From Gonapodya sp. JEL0774 (taxonomy: Eukaryota), in NCBI GenBank assembly GCA_027604505.1, contig JADIIX010000069.1, forward strand, positions 1-64,000: a stretch of 64,000 nucleotides of DNA, read 5' to 3'. The notes beneath the pieces were generated by a model that searched no databases, was not told the origin of the DNA, and worked only from the letters and a program-made list of their open reading frames with translations. The first letter of the stretch is position 1. Each line of letters starts with the position of its first letter. Position numbers and translations under genes: made by a program. Shown in pieces: positions 36,860 through 48,854 of the stretch.

Positions 36860-37598
36860 GGTTCCGAGAATGACAAAAACTGATTTTCGAATGTTCGTCT
36901 TCACCTCTACAACCACCCGAGTGCAAACCAGCACACACTGTTCTGCTGAAGCGCCACGACAGAACAGTCTGGAATATTTGATATCAATCAGAACACCGCG
37001 CGTGCTACAGATATCACTCCCACTTTGTGGACTAATTCTGTACTGGACCATCAGTACATTCAGAATTGGAGATATATTGTGTGTGGTTTCAGCATAGTAA
37101 GTTTATTAATTATTGAAGGAAGGAGGGTGATTGAAGACGGAGGTGGTGGTGTAACATGAGGTTGCGTTCATCCCAGTCAACAACCGATTGACTCGCCCTT
37201 CCAAGCCAGGAATGAAGAAATGAAGTTTCAAGACTGAAGCCCCACATGCCTGTATCCAAACTCATGAAGTTCCTAGCTTTCAGCCGGAGTGGAGGTGGAA
37301 TGTTTGTTGTCGTGTGATTGAGAGGTCAACATGAAGGGCTGGGGAAATGTGTGAAACTGGCTTTGACATTCAACATTATGCCAACTATTGCAATTCTATT
37401 ATTGGAGGGAAGGTCAATTCTATTGGAGGGAAGGTCATTTACAAGGACATGTCTCCAAACAAGCACACAATTAGTAATATGTAATTGCCAGGTGCAGACA
37501 AAGCAGCACGGGCCGAAGTTCGCGGGAGGATCGCCGACGATCAAACCTTCCCTCGCTTGAAAACTCTCATTCTCGAGTTAAATTTAGCGATCGGTGAG

Positions 37599-39009
37599 AT
37601 GAGTGCAGGAGATAAGGTCATCATCACGGGTGCTAGTGGCTACAGTACGTGTTTCCACCACGTCCTTTCGAAACTGCTCATCGTGAAACTGTAGTGCTGA
37701 TTCATTCGACCTTTTCTCCTAGTCGCAGCCCACGTCTGCGATCAGTTTCTGAAAAGAGGATTCAGTGTCGTCGGAACAGTGCGCACTGAAGAGAAGGGAG
37801 AATATCTCGCTGCGCTGTGGAAGGAGTACGGCGACAAGTTCCGCTACGCATTGGTGCCAGACATGCAGATCCCGGGTGCATTCGATGAAGCAGCAAAAGG
37901 CTGTCAGGTGCGTTTAAACATCGCCGCTAGCATTGAATGTATCATTGTTGCACGGACTCATCGTTGTGATCGTTTTGTGACAGGGTTTTATCCACGTTGC
38001 TTCCCCCTTTTTCGTCGAGAATATTACGGACCCGATTCAGCAGCTGGTTGAACCAGCGCTGAATGGTACACGCAATGCTTTAAAAGCTGCTCAAAAGGCC
38101 GGTTGCAAGCGAGTAGAAATTACGTCGAGCTTCGCAGCTGTCTATCGGAGCTCGGAGCCGTTGCCCTATTTATTCACCGAGAAGGATTGTGAGATTTGCA
38201 TAGCTTTGAGTGCTGTCTTTTCCCGCATCTTTCAAATGTTGCATCTTATCCCCAGGGAACACCGACTCCAAACCCGATCAGGGCGGTGGCGACAGTTACA
38301 TGGCATCAAAAGCTCTTGCAGAAAGGAGCGCGTGGGACTTTATGAAATCAGAGGATGTTGGCTTCGATCTCGTGACCATGAACCCACCTCGTGAGCAATC
38401 CAACTGAAACATTATGGAAGTGACATTTTCGCTGTGGCTCACCTGCCTCTTTGTAGTTGTGGTCGGCCCTGCCATCCACGATGCAGGTCTCTCAAGCTTG
38501 TGAGTGCTCGAAGGGGTTCAATGGCAATCTCTTCACTCACGAACGTTTTACACCCCCTAGGAACACGTCTTTAGAAATGGTGCATCGATACGTATCAGGC
38601 TACTACAAAAGTGACTCAACACCCCAGGGTGGAACGGGATTTGTGCACGTCGTCGGTGAGTTACAAGCTGTGAGGGTTGGAGTTTTCGATATACTTAACC
38701 TGCGAACCTCGCACCCGTACAGATTTGGCCATTGCACACGTCCTGTCGTACACTGCGTCTGCTGCGTCGATGCAGAGATATCTAATCTCCGACGGTGTTC
38801 ACTCGTGGCAAGAAGTGTGCGATATTATACGGGAGGAGTTCCCCTCTCTTCGTGAGGTTGTACCAAAGGGTGCTCCTGGGGAGTACCCTCTGCTTGAATC
38901 CATCGATAACTCAAAGTCGCAGAAGGAATTGGGCATGACATATCGTGGCATTCGAGCGATATTGAAGGAATCTGTTGATCAGTTTTTGCAAATGAAGGGG
39001 AGTGCATAA
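37599..39009 (+). CDS. NAD(P)-dependent epimerase/dehydratase-family reductase (GRE2/aldehyde reductase II-like)
   Basis: Rossmann motif VIITGASGYIAAHV, IHVASPF, PALNGT, TSSFAAV and catalytic YMASK. Multiple introns; TAA at 39009. Confidence 0.92.
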
Positions 39010-39378
39010 ATGATAAATCTCGTATGTTCCCTTTGCACTTATCGCAGATATTATTTACACGTTGAACTAGAAAAGACGTAGATGTAGAGTAGAGCAGTCA
39101 TCATTGTAAAACGGGTGGCCTTCAGGAGCAGGGAGAACTATTCGGCGATGTAATCTTCCTGCGACCTAGTCACCAACCACCACGTCCCCACAACAGCTCT
39201 GGATCTCTTCTACCCTCCTATCTAGCTCCTATTCGTACATTGCATGGACAACACTTAACTATACATAATACTAATAATTACACTTTTACACAAATTGTTT
39301 TCATGTTTCCAGTTTACGCAAGAGTATTCCCAATACTTCGCTTCAGAATATCCGTGAGGCCCACCACATCTACGACGG

Positions 39379-42127
39379 TCAATCTTCAACCCTTTTAAAG
39401 TGCCCGTACCTTCCAGCCTTGAATACGCCATTGCGAAAGTTTGCATATATCATTGTCACCCGCTTGGGGTTTGGTGTGCCCTGAAGCGCCATCATGTTGT
39501 ACCACAGTAGCTGCCCCTTCTCAATCATGTCATATTGTGTTCCTGGCTGTGGGTCAGAGAACTTCACTTCCACAATGAAAAGATCATTCTCCCTGGTGGA
39601 GCCCTCGAAGTCTGTGTAGCCTTGAACGCAATCCAACTTGTACTTCTTTTGTGACAACCACTCGTTGACGCCAGTGGCTGCCATCAAATTCTCTGCAAAG
39701 AGTTCGATATTTGGAAGGACTTGCGCTACCACCTCTGCAGCATCATCTAAAAGTTCGGCTGTTGTGGCGGTGCTCTATTCATGTTCGCTCAAGGAAAATG
39801 ATTGAAAACTGCCAACCCACCACTATCAAAACCGTCAGCACAGAGTTGTGTAATAATGCGCTTTCGGCCGACTGCGCCTGACAAACGAAGGGGACTGAGC
39901 GCTGAAATACTGAGGAAATGTCCCAAAAACGCTTCCACAGTTTTGCCCAGAGCCATAAGTTCCTCGGCTTTGTACCAATATTTTTTTCCAAGGACGTTTC
40001 CCTGCTGGCCAAGCCCTTTTGTAAGATTTCTTTCAAGCTCCTCTTCTGTCACCCACTGCGCTGGCTCAACAATCTCCACCTTCTGCTCCCATGCCTTTTC
40101 AACGAACCGTTTGACACCGATAGTGCTCTTCCCGTTAAATTTATCTACCCTTCTCAAAAAATGGTTTGGAAGGTTCCGAAGGTTTCGATCAACAGAGTTC
40201 TGATACTCCACTTCAGCATCTTTGTTTCCACCCCTCACAGCCTCCTGAAGCAATTTAACACCCCGCGCAAAGTTCTTTCTGACAAGATCACTGTACTTTG
40301 ATAAGTCAAGATAGGCGCGGCTCATTGCATACGTCCCCTCTGCTTGCTGCGTTGGATGTTCACTACATTCGCTATAATACACTTGAGCTGGGCCGTATCG
40401 CACAGTGACACAGTGGTGAAGCAATCGAAAACCTCGGTCGTAATTCCTCTTCAAGATCTCTCCTCTCAAGTAGCCAAGGGCGAATGCGAATATCGCTGCT
40501 GCGTTTGATCTGCCCTTTCCTTTGATACATTCCTTGCGCAGCTCGATGGCTTGCTTGTTTCCGTGCTTCACAGCTTCCAAGAGAGATGTGACGAAGCCGG
40601 GATAGTCAGGATAGTCCCGGTGCTCAAGAGCCTGTGTAGCACGAGTAAAGAATTGAGCCCCCAAGTCCACTGGCGTTTCTTCGAGAGCTTGGCATTCAAG
40701 TTGCGTGTTTTGAAGCTCTGCATTGGGAGCCGCGGGTTCATGCGGCACATTTGGACCTCTTGCCACAGTAACATGGTGTTTATCTTCGACCCTTTTGGTT
40801 TCCACAATTTGAGTGGTGGGTTTAGCTTCCATTGTCCTGCACCCCAACGGTAGTTGGAAACCCATATCGGCGGGACCAACTCCGCCGGGTGAAAGTGGAT
40901 CTAAAGCTGTTTGAGATTTTGCACCTGAGGAATGAGCTTGAGATCTTCTTTCGCCATCAATATCACTCAGCTTACACTCAGATTGCGAAGCCAAAACGCC
41001 CTGTGGGGTCGTGTACTTGGGAGAGGGTGGAGCACTACTTATTGGAATATTCTTCGTATCAGACTGTAGCTGAGTTGACGCCTCCTCTTGCCCCGGCGGA
41101 GTAGGAGTGCCTCTCTGCTGATCGCTCTGCTTGGATTTCTGGCTTGCATCAGAAGAGCGAGGGCTGCGCCGACCGGGAACGGAGACCTGCCGAGACTCCG
41201 AGGCAACTACGGCAGTTGCATCTCCTTGGGAGGGCTCCCCCACCGGAGGAGTTGCTCTTTGCTGGCCACTCGACTTGGATTTGCCAGTTGCCTTAGAAGA
41301 GCGAAGGCTGCGCCGACCGCGAACGAAGACCTGCCGAGACAGCGGGGCTACTGCGGCCGCTGAATGTCCCTGGGAGGGGTCTCTTTGCCCCACCGGAGTA
41401 GTGGCTCTCTGCCGGACGCTTTGTTTAGATTTCCCAGTTGCGTCAGAAGAGCGAAGGCTGCGCTGGCCTGGGCCGGAGACCTGCCGAGACAAGGCGGCAA
41501 CACTAGTACTTGAGAGATCTCTCTGGGAACTTGCATTCACAGCGGGAGAAAAATGTCGATGATGTTGGTGCTGACTTGTAACTCTATTTGCCGTTCCCTG
41601 CTCCATAGAAGTCGCAGCTTCGTCGGGATGGACGTATGGGCACCTCCACCTGGGTATGCGACAGTTATTCTTGTGCCGACACGGGCCCAGAGCGCTTTTA
41701 TAGTTCGAAGGGTGGTATTTGTGCTCGTTTTTTGTATGGGCGAAGCCGCATCTCTCCCCGCGAGTGCAGGTTCGATGTTTGCACCGAACTGCACTGTAAG
41801 TGACTATCCAATAGAATGCTCTCACAAAGACTCATGTGAGGCAGGGCAACAAAATCTCACAGTTCTCTCCTCTCTCAGCCACCCTCCGGCGGAGCTCTGA
41901 CGTTGAGTGAGCGAACCAGCAACTGAAGACGTTGAAAGGACCGATCGGATGTTGAGTGGGGTCAATGCAATGAAGACGTGAGGATCGCAATGAAAATGTC
42001 CCATCAGAAACCTGGAAGCTCACTCGGCTCCGTATCTACACGTCGTTTTGTCCACATGATGATCGCACATCTTGAGCTTGTAGTCTCGGGGTAGCACACT
42101 TCCAGCAGAGTCCCACTGGGCGGCCAT
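39379..42127 (-). CDS. Unkempt-like tandem CCCH zinc-finger / Sel1-like repeat / PD-(D/E)XK nuclease fusion protein (~842 aa)
   Basis: Exons 42024-42127, 41861-41922, 39821-41803 and 39379-39758 join in frame (2529 nt). The protein has three CCCH fingers, Sel1-like helices and C-terminal GYTDFEG...LFIVEVK...QLLWY. Confidence 0.75.
41100..41510. repeat. Coding tandem repeat, ~3 copies with 144/150-bp period (48/50 aa) inside the CCCH-nuclease gene
   Basis: Anchor AGAAGAGCGA at 41151, 41295 and 41445. Peptide unit SRQV..(P/R)GRRS(L/P)RSS.A..KSK(Q/S)S..QR.T.P.G. Confidence 0.9.
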
Positions 42128-42526
42128 TTTGCATACGCGTTGCTGGTTTTGATGGTAATAGTGTTTCCTTGTCTGATTCCCAGGTAAAACCTTTGCTGCT
42201 GGCAGTTTGGGTTTCCGATTTTTGCCAATATATTAATATATTACGGTGGACACTATGTTGACGTTTTCCGTTGAGCATATCGTCCTTCACTCGGCAGGCT
42301 GAGCACGCTGGTCGTCGCAGAAATGGGGCAGGGATGATGGGATCGGTAAATAATGAACTGTTAGTGAGGGGGTTCTCACTGATATGGACCACTACATACA
42401 AATATACATGATAGACAAGGGGGGGCGATTGGGGGGCCCGGATTCCGCTTTGTATGGGACCAGATCAGAACGTTTATTCGACAGCAGCAACAACAATGTC
42501 CACTTCTTTCAATTGGCAGCAGGCTA

Positions 42527-45500
42527 CTACTGCATTGCGGTCTGCACCGCGACAACCCTCGCGTATGTGTCGCGCGACATTTTAAGACCCACTTTCCCCA
42601 AATACACCACAACAGCGTCCACAGCTCTCTTCAATTCTCCCATCCTCTGCCTATTCGCTTCGTTGTCGTACCTGCTTTCTCTCAAAGCCCTCCAAACCCT
42701 CGCCACACAGTCCACGCCCGCCACAACAATCTCAGACAAACTACGTGCTACTGAGTCGTCCAAGAACGCTGCGTCTTGCGCCCTTTGCTGGGCAGAGGCG
42801 AGATCTTGCACGTCCAATGGCAAGATTCTGGTTTTGTTGAGGGTCGCGAGCGCAGCCTCGAAACGCCCACGTTCGTATTCGTCGGCAAAGACCAATAAAG
42901 ATAGTAGCTGTCCAGCAGCGCGCCGCAGCTTGCTGTCAATCCGCAATGAGGGAGTGCGGTCGTAAAACGCAAGAAGGTCTTCGGCGTATTTGACGTCCTC
43001 GGCAACACTCGCTCCCGCAGCACCGCTCGGGACGATCCCAATCGCTCCACCGTCGGCGATCGCGGTCAATCTTTGGCCCGCCTCTTGCCCAAGCTTTCTG
43101 ACGACAGCTTCTAAAACCTTTGCGTGCTCACCCGCTAAGTAGAACAGCAGCACCACGTCTCTCCATTCTCCTCCAGTACGCACCACCCGTTCCGCGGCTT
43201 CTTTCGTTATACGACGAATGAACTCGCCTTGCTCGATTCTCAACAAGGGCGCGAAGCTCTCCAACTCTCCGGGCTGTACAGATCCGTCGGCGCGGACAGA
43301 ACCAAGCAAGCGCGCAAACTCTCGGCTTTCGAGAACCAAATCCGAAATGAGGCGGTGAGCCAGACGTGCATAGGTCTGAGCAGCGCTGGTGCTGTTGGTA
43401 CTTGACCCACGGAGAGGCTCACCGTAGAGTGCAACCAGGCAGAGATACTGAACAGCCTCTTCAGGGGCAGACTTCCCAAACATTCGGACGTGTTGTTGGA
43501 TCAAACGCGCGAAGTTGAGAGTGGCAACACTGTAGCCCGTTCCCGCTCCTGCTCCTGCTACCATCCCACCACCAGGAGTCGGTGAACCGGGCGCGGCTCC
43601 AAAGGAAATTCCGGACGATCTCCTGTTGATTCCAGAGGTGTGTGCATGTCCATGCCCATGGTCCATCACCGGTCGCTCGGTCAATATGCCCGGCTCAGAC
43701 CCATTTGGATCGTCAGGCACCCTGAGCGCTCCATAGTAGGCACAGGCGCACGCAATTTGCACCGCTTCGACTCGCAAAGCACCGTGTTCTTGATCACGAA
43801 GATAACCCACTGCTCGCTCGAACTCTCCACAGAGAAGGAGAAGGTTGAGGTAAGTGGCGGGAGTAGCGTACTTGGTCGAACGGTGAATATAGTACGATGC
43901 AACAGATCGAAGGGAAAATCGGTCTGAAGAAGCTTGAAAGTCGTCGGACGGACTGCGCTCCTGGGAAAGTGAAAGCTGAACCCAGAGGAAGTCCTCGGCA
44001 GTGCGAACAACAGAGCCATCGAACGGGGCGACACGAGGAAGGTGGGGTGTGCGAAGATCCAGTCGGCCAACGATCTTGTAAAGCGCGTACTTGAAAGGGT
44101 CTCCGTGAGGCTGCACAGAGTTGCTGCTGGAAGGTATGGAGCCTGTCCGTCCTCCCATGCCCGAGAAAGAGTCCGTTCCGCTCGCTGCCTGCTGCGCAAT
44201 GTTCTTGATCCGCATGTCCCAGTCGTTCCGAATATTATCCCGCAGATTCTTGGGCAGCCTTCCTTCCTCCCCGGCCTTCACGCTCCCTGCCCAAACGTTC
44301 AAATACCCTGGAAATGCCCCGTCCGAGGTCCTCGCCAACTCCCCAGACACCTCACTGGCAAACTTGACCGCTTCATCGAGCTTTCCAGACCTCACCAAGT
44401 AGAAGATGACAGCCCATGCTGGACACTCTCCCATGGTGGGGTGACGCACCAACTCAAGACCCTTTGGATCCCAATGCCCGGCCCTCATGTGCACTACGTT
44501 AACGTAACCTCTTGCACGTTCGGCGGCGCCGGGAATACCGCCCAGAGCCGCGGGTCGAGGATTTTGGTTCACAGTGCGCTCCATATGATCGGCATACTCG
44601 CGCTCCAGGAGTTGACGGGATCGGCGGGCGATGGTACGGCGGTAGGAGGCGGCTTCAGGTGAAGCGTCGTCAGCGCGGAGGGAGGAGAGGTATTGGAGTT
44701 CACGCGGGGTAGGTTTTTGGGTGGCACGACCGAGTGGGAGTGTTGGTGCGTGGTCATGCTCACCGAGAACGGTGGCCAGAATATGGAACGACCTGACGAG
44801 GCTGGCCACGGCCTGCTCCTTGGGTTTTAGTGAGTCCAGGGCAGTTTCGAGAGCGGAAACAATGGGGAATGGGGTGGAAGAGAGACGGGCTTCGTTGAGG
44901 AGACGAATGGATTTGGCGTACGCGGCAAGTCGGGCGGGGAGGTTATCTGTGAGAGCAGCAGCAACCGACCACGCACGGTGAGTCTTTGGTGAAAAGGGGA
45001 GGGCACAGGCATGCTCACCGTCTTGCATGTCCATTCCAATCTCACTCGGGCCTAAGAAAGAGCGTGAGCCTGGATTAAGGTTGCCCATGTGGTTAAAATT
45101 GGTGGAGCCGGGGGGAGGCAGGGGGGGCGGAATCAACAGAAGTGAGACATAACTTCTTTCCAATAAGCCCTAAACTTCAGAAAACAAATAAAACTAAGGT
45201 GTCACAGCAGAACCAAAGAAGAGGATTAGGGCAAACATTCATTTCCGAATGCGGAGTTGGGACAGTTGGACGCTGATCCTTCCACAAGCATGATTTCACA
45301 AGACAGAAAGCTCTCAAGTCGGAAAACTCACTATACCCCTTCATTCCATCTTCTAATTCTTCGAAAATCCGCTTCCTAGCCTCCTCCCATTCAGTCTTCA
45401 GAGCGCGGTTCATGGCCTCTTCGTAATCTCTCGTGGTTTTCACCTTACGTTCCTCGATGGCTCTAAGGATAATATTTTCATGCTGGTGGTTCAGAAAAGT

Positions 45501-45956
45501 TTCCAAATCTGTATCACCGACGGGAGTTGGGGGTTCGTAAGACTGAGCGAGTCTTATGGACGCAATGAGTTGAGATGTTTGCTGAGGGTCGACTCCAGCC
45601 CGTGATAGCAGTGACGCAGCACGAGGATCCAGTGACGAGGCTGAGGGAGGAGGGCCAGAAGCGGGCAAAGGAAGAGAGGCGGCAGGCAGAGGCGCGAGCG
45701 AAGGATTCGAATTTGGAAATCCCGACACTCCCCACGGTAAAAGCGGGACCGAAGGACTCCCATCGACCACCGCTCGTGATCCTTGTTCCTGCAATGCGCC
45801 GCCTACACCGGGTCTCCCAGTCCGAGCGCGCAGAGTTCGTGACATTGCTTCAATCTGCGCGAGGTCGCGGTGAAGGGGAGGAATTGGAGTCGAGGCATTG
45901 GCGATGTGGGCAGTTAACTTCTGGCTTTGTTTCTGAAGATCGCTCCAACTAGTCAT
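42527..45956 (-). CDS. NIC96: Nucleoporin Nic96/Nup93
   Basis: N-terminal WSDLQKQSQKL...PPLHRDLAQIEAMSR, DTDLETFLNHQHENIIL...WEEARKRIF, WAVIFYLVRSG, DPFKYALYKIVGR, TAEDFLWVQL and LLLLCGEFERAV. Confidence 0.93.
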
Positions 45957-46396
45957 GGTGGCGAATTGGTTTGAAATCCGCCCAAATTTTAAGGTGAAGA
46001 ACTGGTGGTGTGAATCCCCACGAAGTCCGTCGCTGCCTGGTCCAACAGCCGAGCAACGACTGAGCTTTTGTTCTCGATCAATCTTTTGTTCGTGACGAAT
46101 GATTAATAAACACTCAAATTCTATTGATAATTCGCGACACTCCGAGTTGAAACCCCATTCTGAGGGTGCAAATCATCGATAGATATGTATCTCCTTCTAA
46201 CATGTCTGATATGTACTGACCTAGTTTCCTCAATTAAAATGGTAGCACGGTGACATTAACATCCGGTATAGGGGTGTGTAAATGCGTATTTCAGCATGAT
46301 ATCATCTTCTCCCGGAACGTGCAACTCTTGACGAGATCTGGGAAAATGGCGTTAGGGTTTTTGAAACATTGAACAACAACAGTCGGACTGTCCTCA

Positions 46397-48486
46397 CTAG
46401 AGCTTTTTTCTCGCTTCCCGAAGCTTCTCAAGGTCCATATTGAGCTTGGACCTTTGAGCAACCACCTTACTGGACTCTTCGATCTCCCTGAGATCGGTGA
46501 GCTGCAATTGCTTGCGGAGTGACTCCATACCGACTCGGAACAGCCGTCTCTCGACGGCGTACATGCATACCGCGTCCACATACTTCTTTGCTGCAGTAGC
46601 AAGGTAAGACTTGATCCGATCGATTAGGTCCTTGATGTCGAAATCAGTCCCTCTGCTTGTGACCAACAGTGGTGCGATTGGATGGATGGCAGAGGCGACG
46701 GTGGTGCCGTTGATGGTCGCCCCATTGCTTCGCGCTTTTGTGAGCGACTCAGTATAGTGGTCCGAAGTGGTCATTGGCGTCATCTCATCGATGAACATCT
46801 CCTTTACTTCTTCCAAAATGCTCTTTTGTACGGAATATACATGATTCTCGACACAGGCTTGAAACGAGCGCTTGAGCGTTGCGTGCACGGTGTCTTGGAT
46901 AATGAGACGCAAGGTGTCACTGAAAGAGAAAGTCAGATGTCTTTTTCGACTTGACAAGAGCATGCCATGACTCACAGAACCGCCGAACATATAGCCTCGA
47001 CATGTTGCTTGGTAATATCGTGCCAGGGCTGGATACTCCCGTTTGCCAACTGCACGAACGCATGGTATGGCGGGAATCCCGGGAGCTCGTATCCCCGGCA
47101 ATCTCTGATCATTTTCTCTGCGAGAGTCGGGTCAAGTTCCTGACCCACGTGCTTCAAGATCTCAGCGTGAAACTTCTCGTCGAGATTGCGGATATTGGCG
47201 CGGAGGAACAGAGCTTCAGTGATATCGGACGAATGCGCGTAGCGACCAGTGGCACATGACTTGTACGCCTCCATAAAGACGGCAACGCTCTCGTGAAGAA
47301 CCACGTGCCTCTGTTGCTCGGTGGAGATTTCCATGCCCAGCTTGGCTAGCTCCTTTTCCTTCTTCTCGATCACCCGGTCGACCTCGGAGCGGACTTTGGG
47401 GAGCTCCTGCTGTACGTGCCCGTGGAGGATTCGGACGAGCCGCTCACGAAGTTCCATGACACCCCTCTGATTTTCATTGACTTCCGACCACGGGTGGAGG
47501 GTGAAGAATTGTTCTTCAATCTCGGTGAGCTTGGTAAGAGGGAGGTCAGATTCCACTTCGCTGAAATTGCGATTGCGGACACAGTGATAGCCAAGCTTGA
47601 AATCGCAGCGTTCGCCACGGAGAATCTTCAAGACCGTCTCCACTTCACCACCATCAATCGTGTCGCATTTCGTAATCACTCCCAAGGTTCTAGCGCCATT
47701 GTTGCCCAGTTTCTCAACCTTGTCCACCACAACATTGGTTGCAAGATCTTTATTGGCCGGTATCACTGCGAGAATGATTGTTCGCTCATTCTGGAGGTAA
47801 GGGTCCACAATTTTTTCGATATCTTCCTTGATCGTGATTGACTGGCCTTTGACTGGAATGGGGGAATGGAGGTTGAGATTTGGAAAATTAGATATTCCGC
47901 AACAAACAGGAATTCACCCACTTGCACTGTGCACATAACCAGGAAGATCAACCAACGTCAATCTGGGATACTTGGGACCACGAAGTTCGACAGATAGCAG
48001 CTTATCAGCAACGACGCCGACTCCGACGTTTGTCGAGTTGGTGTAGGCGGAAAGCATTTCCTTAGCTTTGCTTATGACTTGCTGAACATCTTCCTCGGAC
48101 TTGGGCGGGGGCAAATTTACAGGCGCTTCGGAGTTGCCATGCACAATCGAGACGGCAGACGTAAATTCTTCCGCTGGTCCCATGACAATTTGGGTGGCAA
48201 ACGTGGTGCACATTTCCTTGCCTTTTGGAAACGTAACCCCAGAAATGGCTTCTAGGAGAGAAGACTTTCCAGAAGACTGACTTTGAAAGCGTCGCAACGA
48301 GGAATGGGCACAGACAAATGGGAAACGGGAGCTACTGTAAGAAGACTGTCGCAGGGTTTAAGACAAGATAACTTACTCGCCAACGACCGCGATCTGAGGA
48401 AGCTCGATGAGGCGACCTACGCAGAGCTTGCGGACCTCGTCAACGCGGTCGAGAAGTGCCGCGGTGGATTGCAGAAAAGTCGCCAT
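46397..48486 (-). CDS. Mx-like dynamin-related GTPase
   Basis: G1 LPQIAVVGD|QSSGKSS (split by an intron), G2 CTTFAT, G3 DLPG, G4 TKCD, LGYHCVRNR, Mx-type RGYELPGF and a short GED. No PH or PRD domain. Introns include 46920-46975. Confidence 0.92.
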
Positions 48487-48854
48487 ATGCAAGAAGAGTA
48501 AGCGGATTGGGAGACAAAAAGAGCCAATACCGGATTTCCTTGAGACAATACCGGCGATCGACTCTTCTGAGACGTCTCACAGAAGACTTGGGGTTGCTCT
48601 TTATGTATCTGGAGCCCATTGTGTGACATCCTGGTATGAATGTAGGCTTGATCCCCTCCAGCGAAGCCACGAAGATTCATTCGCTTGCGATGCCGATATC
48701 CCGAAGAGTTACCGTGTCGCAGAAACATCAAATGGTTGACCGCAAAATTGGTGAACCAGAAAGGGTTTGCTGATCCACAAATGTAAGGCCCGCGTTACTG
48801 TAAACCCAGATTGAATGATATTACATTTACCTCCCGACTGAGTACGAGAGTACT

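Noticed and set aside
37391..37437. Small ~21-bp tandem duplication (ATTGGAGGGAAGGTCA twice)
   Set aside because: Ordinary slippage-type duplication in intergenic DNA with no evidence of function.
39789..39791. TGA ending the 678-aa ORF, suggesting a pseudogene or a separate downstream ORF
   Set aside because: The stop lies inside a plausible 62-nt GTGGGT...CAG intron (39759-39820) whose removal fuses the frames.
46920..47101. Overlapping ORFs in the dynamin gene suggesting a programmed frameshift
   Set aside because: Explained by a 56-nt GTGAGT...CTGAC...CAG intron (46920-46975).
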